Part shown: positions 60,159 through 64,000 of the stretch, piece by piece
Layout of the letters: the number at the start of each line of letters is the position of its first letter
Position numbering within the stretch: the stretch's first letter is position 1
NCBI GenBank assembly: GCA_021203515.1
Contig: JAJQAY010000083.1
Coordinates: forward strand, 3,665 to 67,664
Reading direction: 5' to 3'
Length of the DNA stretch: 64,000 bases
DNA from: Bacteroides sp.
GTDB lineage: Bacteria; Bacteroidota; Bacteroidia; Bacteroidales; Bacteroidaceae
Notes under the pieces: model-generated
Databases searched by the model: none
What the model saw: the letters and a program-made list of their open reading frames with translations, nothing else
Told to the model about the DNA's origin: nothing
Position numbers and translations under genes: made by a program

Positions 60159-62065
60159 ATGAAAACTCAGATAAAATCCCTTTTGCTTTTATGTTTCGCT
60201 GCCGGAAGCGTTTTGCTTTCTTCTTGCGATGATTTTCTAGACAGGCAGGAAGATGAGGAAATGACTTTTGAGAAAATCTGGCAGTCAAGAAATACCGTTA
60301 AGCAATATTGGCTGAACGCCATGTCGTTTCTGCCTCAACCTCGTGGTACTTATTGTGGTGACTATGATCCCTATTTAGGTGCTTCGGATGAGTGTACCAT
60401 TGCTTATGACCGTGGGTATCGTTCCATCAATTTTGGTTCATGGAATGCTTCTAATGTACCTTATTATAAAATGGCAGACTACTATAAAGGCATTCGTGAG
60501 TGCAACATCTTTATGCAGAATGTGTATTCCTGTTCTGACCCCTTGGCAAAAAAAAAGCTGATTTGGATCTGTATTATTACCAGGCCAAGTTTGCCCGCGC
60601 TTTCTATTATTTTTGCATGATGCGTGATTACGGACCTGTATTCTTGGTGGGTGATGAACTGTTGGATTTCACGGCTACTACGGAAGATCTGTACCGTCCG
60701 CGCAACACGTGGGAGGAATGTGTGGATTATGTAGTAAGCGAGATGACGGCTTGTGCCGAAAGCGATGCTGTGAAAACGCAGTTTGAACCGGCTGAATATG
60801 GTTTGGCAACCAAAGGAACTTGCTATGCCGTTATTTCCCGCCTGTTGCTCTATTCTGCCCGTGACTTGTTCAATGGCAACCAGCTTTACAGCAGCGTGAA
60901 GAACCCGGTGACGGCTGATTTTCCGGAATTGTCGGGAGTCAACCTCTTTCCGCAAACCTATGATGCCAACAAGTGGCTGAAAGCGGCAGAGGCAGCCAGA
61001 AGGGTGATAGATATGCCTAACTATAAGTTATATCGCTCTGCCAGTAACGATCCTTATGAAAATTACAATGGCATATTGGGTGAACTATGGAACAGTGAAC
61101 TGATTTGGACGGACGGGTATAAAACCGTTTCTATCTGGCAGTAAATGTAACGCCGACCAGTATGACAGCGACAACTGCTTATGGGGCAGTTGGCCCTACG
61201 CAGCAACAAGTAGATGCTTATGCTATGAGCAACGGACGCTATCCTATTACAAGCTATGGAGCAGACGGTAGCCCCGTTGTTGATCCGCAGTCCGGATACG
61301 ATGCAGCCACAGAATTGCAAAAGAGTGACTGGACCTATCCTTTGCATGGCTGGAGCACATACGGCGATTTCGGTATCAATGCTCCCAACATGTACAAGGA
61401 CCGTGAGCCGCGCTTTTATGTATCAGTCTTTTTTTGGTGGTACCGGATGGGCATATCCTAATGGTTGGGCGGTTACTTCATTTGCCAAAGGCGGAAATGG
61501 AAACAAGAGTCACGACTTCACCAAGAGTGGATATTTGATTAATCGTTTTTATGACCACAAACTGAGTGCCGGTAACTGGGGCAACGTTACTTTCCCCACC
61601 TTCCGTTTGGCAGAAATGTATCTGAACTTTATAGAAGCCGTATTCGAGTGTGAAAAGAGAGGAGTTACCATGCCCGCCGATTATCGTGCCAAAGCACTGG
61701 AGGTTTGGGCAGACTTGCGCGACCGTGCCGGACTGGACCCGATTACCGATATTTATCCCAATGCCACTGCTGCCGACTTGGTGGAACTTTGCCGCAAGGA
61801 ACGTCGCATAGAACTTGCTTTCGAAAGCCAGCGATACTTTGACACCCGTACATGGATGATTGCAGAAGAAACCGATGGTGGTCCTATGTATGGTATGGAT
61901 ACGAGTTTCCCGCAGCCGGACGGCGATGCTTCTATAACTCCCGACGGTTATTGGCAACGTACTGTCTTTGAAACTCGCGTTTTCAAGAAGAATCATTATC
62001 TTTACCCGTTCTCACAAAGAGAGTTAGACCGTAACAAGTTGCTCACGCAGAACTATGGGTGGTAA
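60159..62065 (+). pseudogene. RagB/SusD family nutrient-uptake lipoprotein, at least 3 frameshifts
   Basis: Lipobox VLLSSCDDFLD and position directly after susC. Fragments are 60159-60620, 60563-61144, 61162-61461 and 61256-62065. Shifts are at the A9 run 60548-60556, near 61125-61150 and at the T7 run 61429-61435. Confidence 0.88.
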
Positions 62066-62115
62066 ACTGAGTAGTATTTTAAGAATTTAAATAAAACGAT
62101 AAACGAATAGTTTAT

Positions 62116-63493
62116 ATGAAAAAATATATATGTTATTATCTCCTCTTGGCTGTGTCTTTGCCGTTTACGCAAAGCGCCTGCGAGGATGGAAGAGATGAAT
62201 ACTTGAGCGATTTCAGTACGATTCTTTACTTTAGAGATAGTGGTGCCATCAGTATGACCCTGTATAAGACCGGAGAAAATACGAAGTATCAATTGTCGGT
62301 AGTCAAGGCGGGTTCCGATACGGGAGCAACAGCAAGTGTGAGTGCCAAGGTGATGGACAACGCTGAATTACTGGCTTACAATGCAGCAGAAGGCGCTAAC
62401 TATAAGAGTCTTCCTTCGGATTGCTATTCCGTAGGTGCGTCAGATGTGAACTTTACTTCATCCGACTTGTATAAGACGGTGGATGTATCCATCTCTCCTG
62501 AAAGTGTCGAAAGCTATCTGGATGGAATTAGCACTTACGTCATTCCTTTTGAGTTGGTGAATGGTTCCGATTCTGTCAATGTGGAGAAAAAAATACGCTT
62601 TCCTTCAGGTCATGAACGTTTTGACACCGACTATCGGTTTTGAGACACCGGGATATATTGCCACTGATGACATTACGGATAATAGTGGAACTATCACTAT
62701 CCAACAGAAAGTTACCATGCCGATAAGTAATCTGTGGAACTTTGATTTTGTGATTGAAGTGGACGAAGATGTGTTGACACAGTACAATACGGAAAATAAC
62801 GAGACTCTGAATCTGATGGCGCAAGGTTCTTATCAAGTGAAAGCATCCGCATTCACTGCCGGTAAAAATTCGGCAACGGTCAGCATCTCTATCGATAAGT
62901 CTAAGCTGTCATTGGGACGTCAGGCATTGCCGCTGCGCATTAAGAGTATCTCCAATACCAATTTCGAGATAGATGCTGTCAGTGCAACTTGCGTGATAGG
63001 TGCAAACTATACGGTGCCGAGAAGCTCATTGGTGCAGATACCTCTGTCATTGGATATGCTTTCATCGAATGCAACGGTCAACGGTGACGGTACGGGCCTG
63101 ACCGGTTTGTTCGATGGCAGAGCAGGCGGCAAGCACTGGCATGGCAATTATTCCGGTACTGGTTTCGATCCTGTCTACGGTCAGTATATCGACTTCCACC
63201 TGAACAGTGCCATCAATCACTTTGCTTACGACTTCTGGACGCGCTTTGAGAATTCAGCAGGCGCTCCGGTGTCTACGGATATTTATGTCAGCAATGACGG
63301 TTCTACATGGACGAAGCTGGGTGTTGTAGCCACTGCTTTCACGAAGGATGACGAAGAGTACAATTCAGGAGTATTCTCTTCGGGAACGGCATTTACTTAT
63401 GTTCGCTTTGCAGTTACCAAGAGTAATGCCGGCAATTGCAGTAACGGTGCTGCATACTGGAATTGTGGTGAAATGAAAATATACGGACTCTAA
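62116..63493 (+). pseudogene. PUL-associated surface lipoprotein (DUF1735-like N-terminus, discoidin/F5-8 type C-like C-terminus), 1 frameshift
   Basis: Lipobox FTQSAC. Fragments 62116-62643 and 62561-63493 join at the A7 run 62587-62593. The C-terminal jelly-roll-like block is YVRFAVTKSNAG...NCGEMKIYG. Confidence 0.7.
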
Positions 63494-63557
63494 CAATTTT
63501 TCTAACCTTTTGGAGGTAATGGCCTCCTGACTCTATTTTAATGTAAAATCTAGGTTA

Positions 63558-63595
63558 GGGAGAGGAAATCGTTCTATGATTTCCTCTCCCTTTTT
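63558..63595 (+). terminator. Rho-independent terminator
   Basis: 13-bp stem GGGAGAGGAAATC (63558-63570) / GATTTCCTCTCCC (63578-63590), followed by T5. Confidence 0.85.
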
Positions 63596-63617
63596 ATTCA
63601 CTTAAATCTATTAACTT

Positions 63618-64000
63618 ATGAAAATGAAGTTATTTTCTATTTTATTTTTTAATCTGGTTCTTTTAAGTTCTGCCGCCTGTAGCGACAACAACAATTCAGA
63701 GAAAACAGATGACCCTTTCTTTACTATTGCCGAAGAATATCTTCAGCAAGATTTTGAGGCAACTTCTTCTTCCGTTGCCATTCTCGTAAATACCAATTTG
63801 GGGAGCGGAGTGTGGGAGGCCAAGTCCGACGCATCCTGGTGCCCGGTCTCCATACGTACCTCTTCTGACGGTAGAGCTGAAATTCTGCTGGCGGTGCAAG
63901 CCAGTGAGGAGCCGGATGTGAGAACTGCTACCATAACCGTGACATCGGTGGTAAAGAACTACTCTATTAAAGTGCGGCAATTGGGCTATGGCCCTGCCAT
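63618..64000 (+). CDS. BACON-domain lipoprotein, N-terminal part (continues past the window end)
   Basis: MKMKLFSILFFNLVLLSSAACSDN lipobox, then a BACON-like segment (SSSVAILVNTN...WEAKSDASWCPVS...ATITVTS...IKVRQ). There is no stop before nt 64000, so it is absent from the ORF track. Confidence 0.75.
   Translation, partial: MKMKLFSILFFNLVLLSSAACSDNNNSEKTDDPFFTIAEEYLQQDFEATSSSVAILVNTNLGSGVWEAKSDASWCPVSIRTSSDGRAEILLAVQASEEPDVRTATITVTSVVKNYSIKVRQLGYGPA

Overview
The window looks like a Bacteroides-type (Bacteroidales) chromosomal segment, mostly core housekeeping genes. Evidence for the taxon: TAnnTTTG -7 promoter boxes, a SusC/SusD locus, GldH, and TamA/TamB. Gene content includes a GntR regulator, a DcuB-like transporter, initiator tRNA-fMet, TetR-FabG, an S9 peptidase, an orphan sigma-54 (NtrC-type) response regulator, a hybrid sensor kinase, tamB/tamA, an ABC-F ATPase and an M13 peptidase. 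It continues with purH, the mreB-mreC-mreD-mrdA-rodA cluster, gldH/PSP1/holB, metF, metA, a TonB-dependent receptor, radA and a SusC/SusD/DUF1735/BACON polysaccharide-utilisation locus at the 3' end. I saw no phage, IS, integrase, CRISPR or known defence genes. About a dozen conserved genes are interrupted by 1-nt homopolymer indels or nonsense changes, so either assembly quality or real gene decay must be resolved first. Main hunt results: (1) A large family of REP-like hairpin elements has arms built of short tandem sub-repeats. They fill stop-to-start gaps, nest in each other's loops and sit in frame inside three coding regions, with stop-removing substitutions. (2) One GxxExxY nuclease-like gene lies exactly inside a perfect 30-bp inverted repeat of this class. 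(3) An 18-bp perfect inverted repeat brackets about 590 bp upstream of susC and holds a single promoter box facing away from susC, which makes it a candidate inverton. (4) A sigma-54-like promoter and candidate sRNA lie next to the NtrC-type regulator. (5) A 7 x 22-bp dyad array lies upstream of purH. (6) Three in-frame amber codons all occur in the context GTG-TAG-G at expected Gln positions.
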